From IMG/VR virus record IMGVR_UViG_2660238190_000004, positions 1-14,932 of that record: DNA of 14,932 nt; one strand, 5' to 3'. Below, piece after piece: positions 1-6,892 of this stretch (positions are counted from its first letter, which is position 1; each line of letters begins with the position of its first letter). The notes below the pieces were generated by a model, which saw nothing but the letters and a program-made list of their open reading frames with translations, was not told where the DNA came from and made no database searches. Both the position numbers and the translations under genes were made by a program. This DNA is from a virus (lineage: Duplodnaviria > Heunggongvirae > Uroviricota > Caudoviricetes).

Positions 1-282
1 TCAATAAATCCCATCATTGCGATCAACCTCATCCTTAACCATTGATGCGAGCAGTTCTTCCAGTTTCTGCGCTGACAGCTTTACCTGGTGATCTTCAGCA
101 TCTTCCCGGGCTATTGTGGTTCGCGCAGTGGCTGATTTTGCTGACATCACCACAGGGGGCAGACGGACCATTGAACCATGGCCTCCGGAACAAATAAGGG
201 CAAAAATAACAACCACTATCGAAAGCTTACAAACTAACCGCAGCACGTTCCTGCATACGACGTGTCTGCGGCATAATCCCAA
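1..282 (-). CDS. hypothetical small protein (uncertain; may start at an internal Met)
   Basis: Complete ORF ending with TGA at 1-3. An internal ATG ([13 protein letters not shown]...) has GGAGG about 10 nt upstream. Hydrophobic N-terminal stretch. No family recognised; its 5' end overlaps the tfa fragment. Confidence 0.2.
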   Translation of the reverse strand: MGLCRRHVVCRNVLRLVCKLSIVVVIFALICSGGHGSMVRLPPVVMSAKSATARTTIAREDAEDHQVKLSAQKLEELLASMVKDEVDRNDGIY

Positions 283-554
283 TGATTACTCCCTGACAGG
301 ATTTGCAGGCCACTCAATATCGGTGCAGTTGATGTATCAACACGATTCAACAATACCCGATATTTATTCCATGCCTCCAGCAACGATCTTTCTTCCTCCG
401 TTGCGATTTCCAGATCTACAGCATCCTGCAGTGGCGCAATATACTCACTGAATTCCTGGATGTAGAACTGTGTGGTGACGGTCTTCCAGCCATTCGTCTC
501 CTGCTGTATCGAAGCATACCAGGCTATTTCAATATCGCTATGCTGCGGCAGCAT
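234..554 (-). pseudogene. tail fibre assembly protein (Tfa) C-terminal fragment, frameshifted
   Basis: Translation contains [40 protein letters not shown], matching the C-terminal segment of the intact Tfa at 1334-1918. Relative to the intact copy a 1-nt difference ('ccgatattgag' vs 'cctgatattgag') shifts frame so the end reads [11 protein letters not shown]... instead of [11 protein letters not shown]. The N-terminal part is unrelated to Tfa. Confidence 0.6.
236..450. repeat. direct repeat copy 1 (about 215 bp, derived from the tfa 3' end plus downstream hairpin)
   Basis: Aligns by eye with 1285-1499 at high identity with scattered mismatches, from 'aaccgcagcacgtt...' through '...cagtggcgcaatatactcactg'. 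Confidence 0.8.
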
Positions 555-610
555 TTAACCCCTTGTAATTCATCGCCATAATTGATTTAATTCACAAATA
601 AAACTATAAC

Positions 611-1279
611 ATGGTGAAATCAATGAAAAAAAACACAGATGATGGGGCTAAAATTTACACACCACTTACCCTAAAGCTTTATGACTGGTGGGTTTTGGGA
701 GTATCAAATCGGCTTGCATGGGGATGTCCTACAAAGGAACACCTTCTTCCACACTATCTGGAACATGTAGGTAACAACCATCTGGATATTGGTGTTGGAA
801 CTGGGTTTTACCTTACTCACGTACCTGAGAGTAGTCTGATATCTTTAATGGATTTGAACGAAGCTAGCCTGAACGCGGCATCTACAAGGGCTGGGGAATC
901 AAAAATTAAACATAAAATTAGCCATGATGTTTTTGAACCTTATCCCGCGGCGTTACATGGTCAATTTGATTCCATTTCCATGTTTTACCTTCTTCACTGC
1001 CTGCCTGGAAATATATCTACAAAAAGCTGTGTAATACGCAATGCGGCGCAGGCCTTAACTGACGATGGAACTCTATACGGAGCCACAATTCTTGGCGATG
1101 GAGTTGTGCACAATAGCTTCGGTCAAAAACTGATGCGCATTTACAATCAGAAAGGCATCTTTTCAAACACAAAAGATTCCGAAGAAGGCTTAACACATAT
1201 ACTCTCAGAGCATTTCGAGAATGTTAAAACCAAGGTTCAAGGTACTGTAGTAATGTTTTCCGCTTCAGGGAAAAAATAG
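611..1279 (+). CDS. class I SAM-dependent methyltransferase (small-molecule or protein MTase type)
   Basis: 222-aa ORF with ATG start. Motif I LDIGVGTGFY (GxGxG SAM-binding loop), an acidic residue at the end of beta-2 (LMDLNE) and a motif II-like FDSISMFYLLHCLP. Visibly AT-rich compared with the flanking tfa sequence. Sits between two direct repeats. Resembles, from memory, the DLP12 ybcY position in E. coli K-12. Confidence 0.7.
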   Translation: MVKSMKKNTDDGAKIYTPLTLKLYDWWVLGVSNRLAWGCPTKEHLLPHYLEHVGNNHLDIGVGTGFYLTHVPESSLISLMDLNEASLNAASTRAGESKIKHKISHDVFEPYPAALHGQFDSISMFYLLHCLPGNISTKSCVIRNAAQALTDDGTLYGATILGDGVVHNSFGQKLMRIYNQKGIFSNTKDSEEGLTHILSEHFENVKTKVQGTVVMFSASGKK

Positions 1280-1284
1280 CATCC

Positions 1285-1499
1285 AACCGCAGCACGTTCT
1301 TGCTTAAGACGTGCTGCGGCATAATCCCAATGATTACTCCCTGACAGGGTTCGTAGGCCACTCAATATCAGGTGCAGTTGATGTATCAACACGGTTCAGC
1401 AACACCCGATACTTTTTCCAGGCTTCCAGCAATGAGGTTTCTTCCTCCGTTGCAATTTCCAGATCTGCAGCATCCTGAAGCGGCGCAATATGCTCACTG
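1285..1499. repeat. direct repeat copy 2 (overlaps the 3' end of the intact tfa)
   Basis: Second copy of the about 215-bp repeat; contains the tfa stop codon region and the downstream hairpin. Confidence 0.8.
1287..1319. terminator. stem-loop between convergent MTase (+) and tfa (-); putative bidirectional terminator
   Basis: Perfect inverted repeat 'ccgcagcacgt' / 'acgtgctgcgg' with an 11-nt spacer, located 8 nt after the MTase stop and 15 nt after the tfa stop. An A6 run at 1271-1276 gives a T-run on the minus strand about 10 nt beyond the stem, so it is not a textbook terminator. Confidence 0.35.
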
Positions 1500-1918
1500 G
1501 CTACCTGCATCAGGTTGTTTTTTGTTTCTTCCGCCTCCCGGATCCGGAACATTTTTTCTGCTTCCGTATCCTTCACCCAGGCTGTGCCGTTCCACTTCTG
1601 AAACTCCCCTTCCGGCGATAACCAGGTAACATTTTCCGGTAACGGACCGAGTTCAGAAATAAATAACTCGTCCCCTGACGCTACGTCATAAACCGTTTTA
1701 CCCCGATGGTCTTCAACGAGATGCCACGATGCCTCATCACTGTTGAAAACAGCCACAAAGCCAGCAGGAATATCTGGTGGTGCAATATCGGTACTGTTTG
1801 CTGGCAGACCTGTATGAGGCGGAATATATGCGTCACCTTCACCAATAAATTCATTAGTTCCGGCCAGCAGATTATAAATTTTTATGGTCCGTGCTTGTTC
1901 ACTCATTCTGAATGCCAT
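1334..1918 (-). CDS. tfa: tail fibre assembly protein Tfa
   Basis: 194 aa, [54 protein letters not shown]...[47 protein letters not shown]. Matches recalled lambdoid/e14-type Tfa proteins nearly end to end. Its ATG overlaps the stop of the upstream stf fragment (TAATG). Confidence 0.9.
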   Translation of the reverse strand: MAFRMSEQARTIKIYNLLAGTNEFIGEGDAYIPPHTGLPANSTDIAPPDIPAGFVAVFNSDEASWHLVEDHRGKTVYDVASGDELFISELGPLPENVTWLSPEGEFQKWNGTAWVKDTEAEKMFRIREAEETKNNLMQVASEHIAPLQDAADLEIATEEETSLLEAWKKYRVLLNRVDTSTAPDIEWPTNPVRE

Positions 1919-2304
1919 TATGCAAGCCTCACAATATAGTTAAATGCGATGTTTTTGACGGTGTTTTCCGCGTTACCAGCAGCGTTAACGGTGATGGTGT
2001 GTCCATGTGAACCAATCGCAACGGAGTGCGTATGCGCACCAATACCTACAGTATGTGCATGTGCGCCAGAACTTGCTGCAGTACCAGACAGCGAGTGGGT
2101 ATGAGCACCTGCTGACTGTGTCTGAATACGTTGATAATACGATCTACGGGAAGAAGTCCCCGGGCTTACTTGATACTGTGAATCCTGGACATAAGTGAAC
2201 CCACCGCCATCATAAAATGCTAACGCAGAACCGCCGCCTCCTGGCCAACGAATACCATTACCATGAGTATGATCACCGGCAGACCCCGTATTTACGCTGT
2301 AATG
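1918..2304 (-). pseudogene. stf: side tail fibre protein (Stf) C-terminal fragment, no start codon
   Basis: Hand translation of the minus strand gives ...[18 protein letters not shown]... and ends ...[26 protein letters not shown] with His-x-His repeat motifs typical of lambdoid side tail fibre C-termini. The frame opens just after an in-frame stop at 2305-2307, contains no Met, and abuts the Nu1 fragment. Confidence 0.75.
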
Positions 2305-2707
2305 TCAACGGCACACGCACAAGTATCCCCGAAATCTCCTGTGCCACACGTTGCAGAATGAAGGTAAACAGTTCAGTTTCCAGCACCACTCCGTCTTCAC
2401 GGGCATTTTTCAGTTCCTGCGCATCTGCCTGCGCTTTTGTGAGCCGGTAGCGTTCATAGTCAATGGTGCCGGGTTGTAAATCTGACTCCGCTGCCGCACG
2501 CAAATCGGCCAGTTCTTTGCGGAGCTTTTCGTTTTCGATATCAGTTTCCCTCTGCGCATACCACTGAATTGCCATGGCAGTATCAAATACAGATTCAATG
2601 CCCTTACTGCCTTTGGAGACGCAAGGGAGCCCCTGAGACTGCCAGCGTTCAATCGTCCGCGGGTCCACGTTAAAAATTTCGGCAAGCCTCTTTTTATTAA
2701 CCTTCAT
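2273..2707 (-). pseudogene. nu1: terminase small subunit Nu1, C-terminally truncated
   Basis: [105 protein letters not shown]... parallels lambda Nu1 (MEVNKKQLADIF...). Similarity stops about 5 codons before the stop (…[11 protein letters not shown]), and the protein is about 35 residues shorter than lambda Nu1. The track ORF begins at a TTG 8 codons upstream; the ATG at 2705-2707 aligns with the lambda start. Confidence 0.8.
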
Positions 2708-2839
2708 AGAACAACCCATTATCAAATACAAGGCCCGACATGAAAACGCCAGAAAAAGGCATTTTCGGACACTTTCATGTCGGACATTTATGAATGCAAT
2801 ATTAAAAAAAACAAAAAGTTATATTCGAGAAGTACCGAC

Positions 2840-2935
2840 ACGATTTTCCCTGAAAAATTTTCATAAATAGTGAAAAACCGCGAGGTCGCCGCCCCGTAAC
2901 GATCTGGATCACCGGAAAGGACCCGCCAACGACTT
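2840..2935 (-). other. cos site (cosB - cosN - cosQ) of the prophage
   Basis: Minus strand reads GGGGCGGCGACCTCGCGGTTTTTCACTATTTATGAAAATTTTTCAGGG, nearly identical to the lambda left end GGGCGGCGACCTCGCGGGTTTTCGCTATTTATGAAAATTTTCCGG. The 12-nt cohesive-end sequence is at 2883-2894. The other side (ccgtaacgatctggatcaccggaaaggaccc) matches the lambda right end/cosQ region. It lies immediately upstream of Nu1, as in lambda. Confidence 0.8.
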
Positions 2936-3117
2936 TCGCGTGCAGGCATTAAAAATTTTGCAGTTCCATGCCTAGTTGAAACCTCGATTTCTATAACATC
3001 CAATTTTGTAAATTTAGATATAGCTCAACTTTTCCCAATGTTTTCAAGTGTATAAAAACAATTGGCGTTACGCCATAACACTATACTTAGGATAAGTAAA
3101 GATTTTAAGGAGTTTTA

Positions 3118-4185
3118 ATGAGTCAACATCAATATTATCCACAGCTGAAATGGAAGCCTGCTGAATATGAATCTCTGATGCTTTTAGATCAAACTACGCT
3201 CTCTGGTTTTACTCCGATCATTACCATTCCAGACATAGACTGGGATTATGAAAACGAATGCTACAAGAAGAGTTTGAGTTCTTACTTATCTGACTTCGGT
3301 ATTAACCTTGCGGCATCCTGGAAAGCCAATCGTCCTGTTTTGCTGGATGTTAAATATTTAGATAAACATGGTTCGAGCCGCCATCATCCTCTAGATATGT
3401 GTATCCAAGATGCTAGAGTAAATGGTAAGGAAATTATCCCTGTTGTTTCTCCCGCATATTCAACAAACTATATACATGCTGTTCAACGCAACTTAATCAA
3501 TGGGCTCGCTATATCTATCACCCCCCAGACATGGCACCAATTCACAAGTCTGGTTAACCACTTAAATATTCATCCTAGTTTAATTGATGTAATCATTGAT
3601 TTTGGAGATATTCAAAACGCAACTGATAGTTTAAAACAACAAGCATTAAGCATGGTCAACACATTATCAGGCCAAGCTCCGTGGAGAAACTTGATTTTAT
3701 CTTCAACCGCATACCCGGCATCACAGGCAGGGATACCGCAACATCAAGTTCATCATATTCCGCGCCATGAATACGATCTTTGGATGTACGTAGTACAGAA
3801 TTTTAGCAATGGAAGAACGCCAAGTTTTAGTGATTATCCCACCGCTAGCTCTACCATTACGAGCGTAGACCCACGCTTCATGTCTCAGTATGTCTCAGTG
3901 AGATATTCGAACGATACCTCATGGATCTTTGTAAAAGGTACCGCAGTTAAAGGAAATGGATGGGGCCAAACTAAAAACTTATGTACTACCCTTGTTAGTT
4001 CGCCAGAGTATCAAGTCTTTGGCTCCAAATTTAGTTGGGGGGATGATTACATTTACCAAAGATCATTAGGCGCTAACAAATCTGGCGGCTCTAAAGAATG
4101 GCGTAAAGTTGCACATACGCACCATATTACGTTAGTCGTGAGACAGCTTTATTGGTTGGCGCAGACTCAGCCTGCCAAGCCTTAA
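3118..4185 (+). CDS. Beta-family-like protein (phage P4 Beta / sce7725-like), function unknown
   Basis: 355-aa ORF with ATG start and SD 'taaggag' 5 nt upstream. N-terminal YYPQLKWKPAEYESL...FTPIITIPD resembles the Y-x-P-x-L-K-x-K-x-G/A-E signature I recall for the Beta protein family. Markedly AT-rich. The family assignment is from memory and unverified. Confidence 0.65.
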   Translation: MSQHQYYPQLKWKPAEYESLMLLDQTTLSGFTPIITIPDIDWDYENECYKKSLSSYLSDFGINLAASWKANRPVLLDVKYLDKHGSSRHHPLDMCIQDARVNGKEIIPVVSPAYSTNYIHAVQRNLINGLAISITPQTWHQFTSLVNHLNIHPSLIDVIIDFGDIQNATDSLKQQALSMVNTLSGQAPWRNLILSSTAYPASQAGIPQHQVHHIPRHEYDLWMYVVQNFSNGRTPSFSDYPTASSTITSVDPRFMSQYVSVRYSNDTSWIFVKGTAVKGNGWGQTKNLCTTLVSSPEYQVFGSKFSWGDDYIYQRSLGANKSGGSKEWRKVAHTHHITLVVRQLYWLAQTQPAKP

Positions 4186-4747
4186 CTTTCCAGCCTACGC
4201 GTTTCTTTAAGGCTGTTCTGACTTCAGGCCTGAGATTCGCTATTGGAATATTTTCCGCAATAATATTCCATAACTCAAATCGGGGCTTGCTTTTGATTCC
4301 TTTGGAATAGCCCCATCGTTCAAGTACGTCGATACATTCATCTTTCCAAAGCAATTGAGCGAGCATCAATGTGTCATGGTTTCGATTAAGCTTTTCTCCA
4401 CGCATGTGCTTTATAAGAATGGCGCCTTTTGGCCCAACAGAAACCGTTTTAACGCCCCACCAACCTGGGATTAACTTTAATGCTCCCTCAAGGTGTTTCT
4501 CAGCTACGACAAGAGTAACCTTGTCCATTACAGAAGAATAATGCTTGATTTGAAGAGGCAAACGCTCCAAAGAGTCATATTCACTTTTGAGCTCGTACCC
4601 GTGTATAACACCATTTATTACAGCAATGTCTGCTCTACTGGCGCCAAGGGATATGGAAAATTCATCGACCACAAGGCAGTCTGGATCTAAATGCGATTCT
4701 TTCAAAAGCTTATGATGCACCGCGAACCTAACATCTTGATCTTTCAT
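4127..4747 (-). CDS. predicted PD-(D/E)xK-fold nuclease-like protein
   Basis: 206-aa ORF with ATG start and a strong SD (ggagggagtaaggag) upstream. Motif VVDEF...RADIAVINGVIHGYELKS gives E ... D-(hydrophobic strand)-ExK spacing typical of restriction-endonuclease-like folds. Convergent with the Beta-like gene and overlaps it by 59 nt at the 3' ends. Confidence 0.6.
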   Translation of the reverse strand: MKDQDVRFAVHHKLLKESHLDPDCLVVDEFSISLGASRADIAVINGVIHGYELKSEYDSLERLPLQIKHYSSVMDKVTLVVAEKHLEGALKLIPGWWGVKTVSVGPKGAILIKHMRGEKLNRNHDTLMLAQLLWKDECIDVLERWGYSKGIKSKPRFELWNIIAENIPIANLRPEVRTALKKRVGWKVKAWQAESAPTNKAVSRLT

Positions 4748-4768
4748 GACTTCTCCTTACTCCCTCCG

Positions 4769-4804
4769 TTATTGAATTATAGCGCACTGCATTTTACTGC
4801 ATTT
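4769..4804 (-). promoter_or_regulatory. putative promoter of the nuclease-like gene, with tandem direct repeats
   Basis: Consensus -10 TATAAT on the minus strand (plus coordinates 4776-4781), about 29 nt upstream of the ATG at 4747. Two tandem copies of 'actgcattt' (plus strand, 4786-4804) occupy the spacer/-35 region, where no good -35 hexamer is present. Confidence 0.35.
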
Positions 4805-5096
4805 GAGAGATTTGACCACTTCAATCACAAAATGCTTATCTGCAGCAACAAGATTCATAGCCATACGACTATGGTGATTACCTTTTGTCTGGAAAACTGA
4901 CCATTCCACGAAGATCAGATAGGTCTATAGAATCTTGGTTTGTCATAGCGTTCGTCTTACTTTGAGATGAACCTTTGCTGCATAGGAGATCAGCCCGTCA
5001 AGGCTCACCAGCACTAACTGACTACTCAAAGGCTCATTCCAAAGGGTTTGGTTCGACGTGGTTGAGTGCGCTGCGGTGCGCGGTGAAATACCTGTA

Positions 5097-5126
5097 CAAA
5101 AATGCCCCGCATCTGCGAGGCATTTT
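5097..5126. terminator. intrinsic terminator downstream of Rz/Rz1 (bidirectional hairpin)
   Basis: Plus strand 'aaaaaatgccccgcatctgcgaggcatttt': GC-rich imperfect stem flanked by an A-run on one side and a T-run on the other, giving a U-tract after the stem on either strand. Lies about 40 nt past the Rz stop. Confidence 0.5.
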
Positions 5127-5163
5127 CCTGAAAGTCACGTATTAAATTTCAGTGAAATTAAAA

Positions 5164-5622
5164 TTATTTTAAGCACTGCGTCCTGATGTACTCCTGCAGG
5201 TAGTTGACCTGAGCGGTTATCTTGTCGATTCCACTTCGGAGACGGTAATAATTGAGTTCAGCATCTGCTGTAAGTCTTGGGCTTTCTCCATCGCCCATGC
5301 TGCTGGCTCCGGTCGTTGACTTTGCACAGGTGGCGGCGACTTGCAGGCGCTTACGCCCAGCAGAAACATCAGCACGAAGACTTTCGATAGTCGCGTTAGC
5401 ATCAGCAAGCTCCTTTGTGTATCTGGCGTCGAGTTCTGCTACATCACGCTGACGCATCTGCATGTCAGTAATTACCACGTTCGCCAGCTTCAGTTCTCTG
5501 GCATTTTTGTCGCGCTGGGCTTTGTAGGTAATGGCGTTATCGCGGTAATGATTAACAGCCCATGACAGGCAGACGATGGTGCAGATAACCAGAGTATAAA
5601 TAATCGCTGCGACTCTGCTCAC
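5164..5622 (-). CDS. Rz: i-spanin Rz
   Basis: ...[76 protein letters not shown]... is nearly collinear with lambda Rz. Probable GTG start at 5620-5622 overlapping the endolysin stop (GTGA); the track ORF starts at a TTG 5 codons upstream. Confidence 0.9.
   Translation of the reverse strand: MSRVAAIIYTLVICTIVCLSWAVNHYRDNAITYKAQRDKNARELKLANVVITDMQMRQRDVAELDARYTKELADANATIESLRADVSAGRKRLQVAATCAKSTTGASSMGDGESPRLTADAELNYYRLRSGIDKITAQVNYLQEYIRTQCLK
5217..5408 (-). CDS. Rz1: o-spanin Rz1 (lipoprotein) embedded in Rz in an alternate frame
   Basis: 63-aa ORF nested inside Rz. Signal sequence with lipobox-like LLGVSAC followed by a proline-rich segment ([16 protein letters not shown]), as in lambda Rz1. 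The exact start is uncertain. Confidence 0.8.
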   Translation of the reverse strand: MLMLTRLSKVFVLMFLLGVSACKSPPPVQSQRPEPAAWAMEKAQDLQQMLNSIITVSEVESTR

Positions 5623-6152
5623 TGATCTATCCCCCAACAGGCTAATGCGCTTTCCTGGTCACGACGAATAACCTGTCCATAGCAGTTATTTGAACGTATG
5701 CGGCAATCGCGCCCACCATCTTTTATCCACCAGCGAATCGCCTCGCATGCGCCCTTACGATCACCGGCATTCAGCCGCTTATAAAACGTCGACGGGAAAC
5801 ACTTACCGGGGCCAATGTTATAGGGACAGAATGACGCTATACCCGCTTTCTGTGGTTCGGTCAGTGGTACTTTAATATTGCGCTCCACCCATGCCAGCGC
5901 CTTATCACGTTCAATAGCGTTAACCTGGTCGCATTTTTCCTTCGACAGCTTCATTCCCGGTATGACGGGCTTACCATCCACCATTGTGGCACCACGACAG
6001 ATGGTCCATATACCGGAACCATCGCGGTATGCCGTAGTGTGGTTACCCTCTTTTTCATCCAGAAACTGGTCAAGTATTTGAGGAGCAGACGCGCCTGCAG
6101 CAATCAGCGCCAGAACAGCAGCTGACAGGCCGTATTTGATTTTTGCGCTCAT
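5619..6152 (-). CDS. endolysin, T4-type lysozyme (GH24) with N-terminal SAR/signal-anchor domain
   Basis: 177 aa. N-terminal weakly hydrophobic Gly/Ala-rich segment ([18 protein letters not shown]) followed by E-x8-D-x5-T catalytic spacing ([20 protein letters not shown]), paralleling the phage 21 R21 SAR endolysin. Confidence 0.9.
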   Translation of the reverse strand: MSAKIKYGLSAAVLALIAAGASAPQILDQFLDEKEGNHTTAYRDGSGIWTICRGATMVDGKPVIPGMKLSKEKCDQVNAIERDKALAWVERNIKVPLTEPQKAGIASFCPYNIGPGKCFPSTFYKRLNAGDRKGACEAIRWWIKDGGRDCRIRSNNCYGQVIRRDQESALACWGIDQ

Positions 6153-6207
6153 GGATATTTATCAGGATGCTACCAATGAAAGATACTGGAAAGCCAACTG
6201 CAAAAAG

Positions 6208-6522
6208 CTAACAACCCGTAATCGAGTTATCAGAACTGTTAATTTTTATGGTATACCGCGCCTCTGAACAGGGGCGCGTTTCTGGCAACAGCTCGTCCCC
6301 TTCACATAACCCGGCAGCAACATCCATGAAGACCTGTCTGATGCTCCTTCTGGCTGCTGCCTCATAAAACTCCAGCGCGGCACCTTCAACACGGTCCAGC
6401 GAGATGTCCAGGTCAAAAATTTCACCGTCAAAGCGTTTTTTGTCCCGTAACGCTAAAGTTACCGTAACTTTATTCTCAAAATTGCGGATCCCTTTCACAA
6501 TCAGTTCATAGTTTTGAGTCAT
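6208..6522 (-). CDS. DUF1327-like protein (YdfR-like) between holin and endolysin
   Basis: 104-aa ORF with ATG start and SD (GGGGAGAG). The position between holin and endolysin is the same as ydfR in the Qin prophage, as I recall. The family call is from position and size, not a checked alignment. Confidence 0.55.
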   Translation of the reverse strand: MTQNYELIVKGIRNFENKVTVTLALRDKKRFDGEIFDLDISLDRVEGAALEFYEAAARRSIRQVFMDVAAGLCEGDELLPETRPCSEARYTIKINSSDNSITGC

Positions 6523-6526
6523 TGAA

Positions 6527-6742
6527 TTACTCTCCCCGTGCAGCCTTACGACGGTCCTCTCTGATTTTGAAATACAGGTTAGTCAGATATGTCAGCAGCC
6601 CAAACAGCAGACTCCCCAGCACGCCTATTGCCGCCCACTGAGACGGGGAAACCCTGTCCAGCAACTGCAGGAACCAGTAGCCCGTTCCCACCGCTGACGT
6701 GGTGTATGACACACCTGTTGTGATTTTTTCCATCTGGTACAT
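6527..6742 (-). CDS. class II holin (phage 21 S-like pinholin) with dual-start motif
   Basis: [71 protein letters not shown]: 71 aa, two TM segments, M-x-x-M dual start, charged C-terminus. Closely matches the recalled S21/EssD holin. The track ORF extends 26 codons further upstream, which is probably not translated. Confidence 0.85.
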   Translation of the reverse strand: MYQMEKITTGVSYTTSAVGTGYWFLQLLDRVSPSQWAAIGVLGSLLFGLLTYLTNLYFKIREDRRKAARGE

Positions 6743-6892
6743 ACCCCGTCTCCCGTTATCCGGAAGCTGACAACAATAAAAAAAGCCACCAGTTAAGTAC
6801 TGATGGCTCTGATAACTCATGCAGGCATCTCAGACGACCCACTGACACTACCGGTGAGTTTAACGATACCTTCCATTTGACTGGCTCACTTT

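Noticed and set aside
116-451. 111-aa plus-strand ORF
   Set aside because: Antisense to the tfa fragment and the 1-282 ORF, lies within the direct repeat, no SD; most likely a chance frame.
1372-1939. Plus-strand ORFs of 85 aa and 77 aa
   Set aside because: Both lie antisense within the well-supported tfa gene; no independent support.
2007-2450. Plus-strand ORFs of 63 aa and 77 aa
   Set aside because: Antisense to the Stf C-terminal fragment and the Nu1 fragment, whose minus-strand translations are clearly homologous to known proteins.
2410-2685. 91-aa minus-strand ORF inside nu1
   Set aside because: Alternate frame of the Nu1 coding region; the Nu1 frame is supported by lambda homology.
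2788-3003. 71-aa minus-strand ORF
   Set aside because: Spans the cos site and cosQ; this region is accounted for by packaging signals, not coding sequence.
4493-4900. Plus-strand ORFs of 65 aa and 69 aa
   Set aside because: The first is antisense inside the nuclease-like gene; the second overlaps its promoter and leader. Neither has an SD or recognisable features.
5252-5565. Plus-strand ORFs of 66 aa and 74 aa
   Set aside because: Antisense to Rz/Rz1, which are strongly supported by lambda homology.
5690-6081. Plus-strand ORFs of 61 aa and 67 aa
   Set aside because: Antisense to the endolysin gene.
6246-6431. 61-aa minus-strand ORF
   Set aside because: Alternate frame within the DUF1327-like gene.
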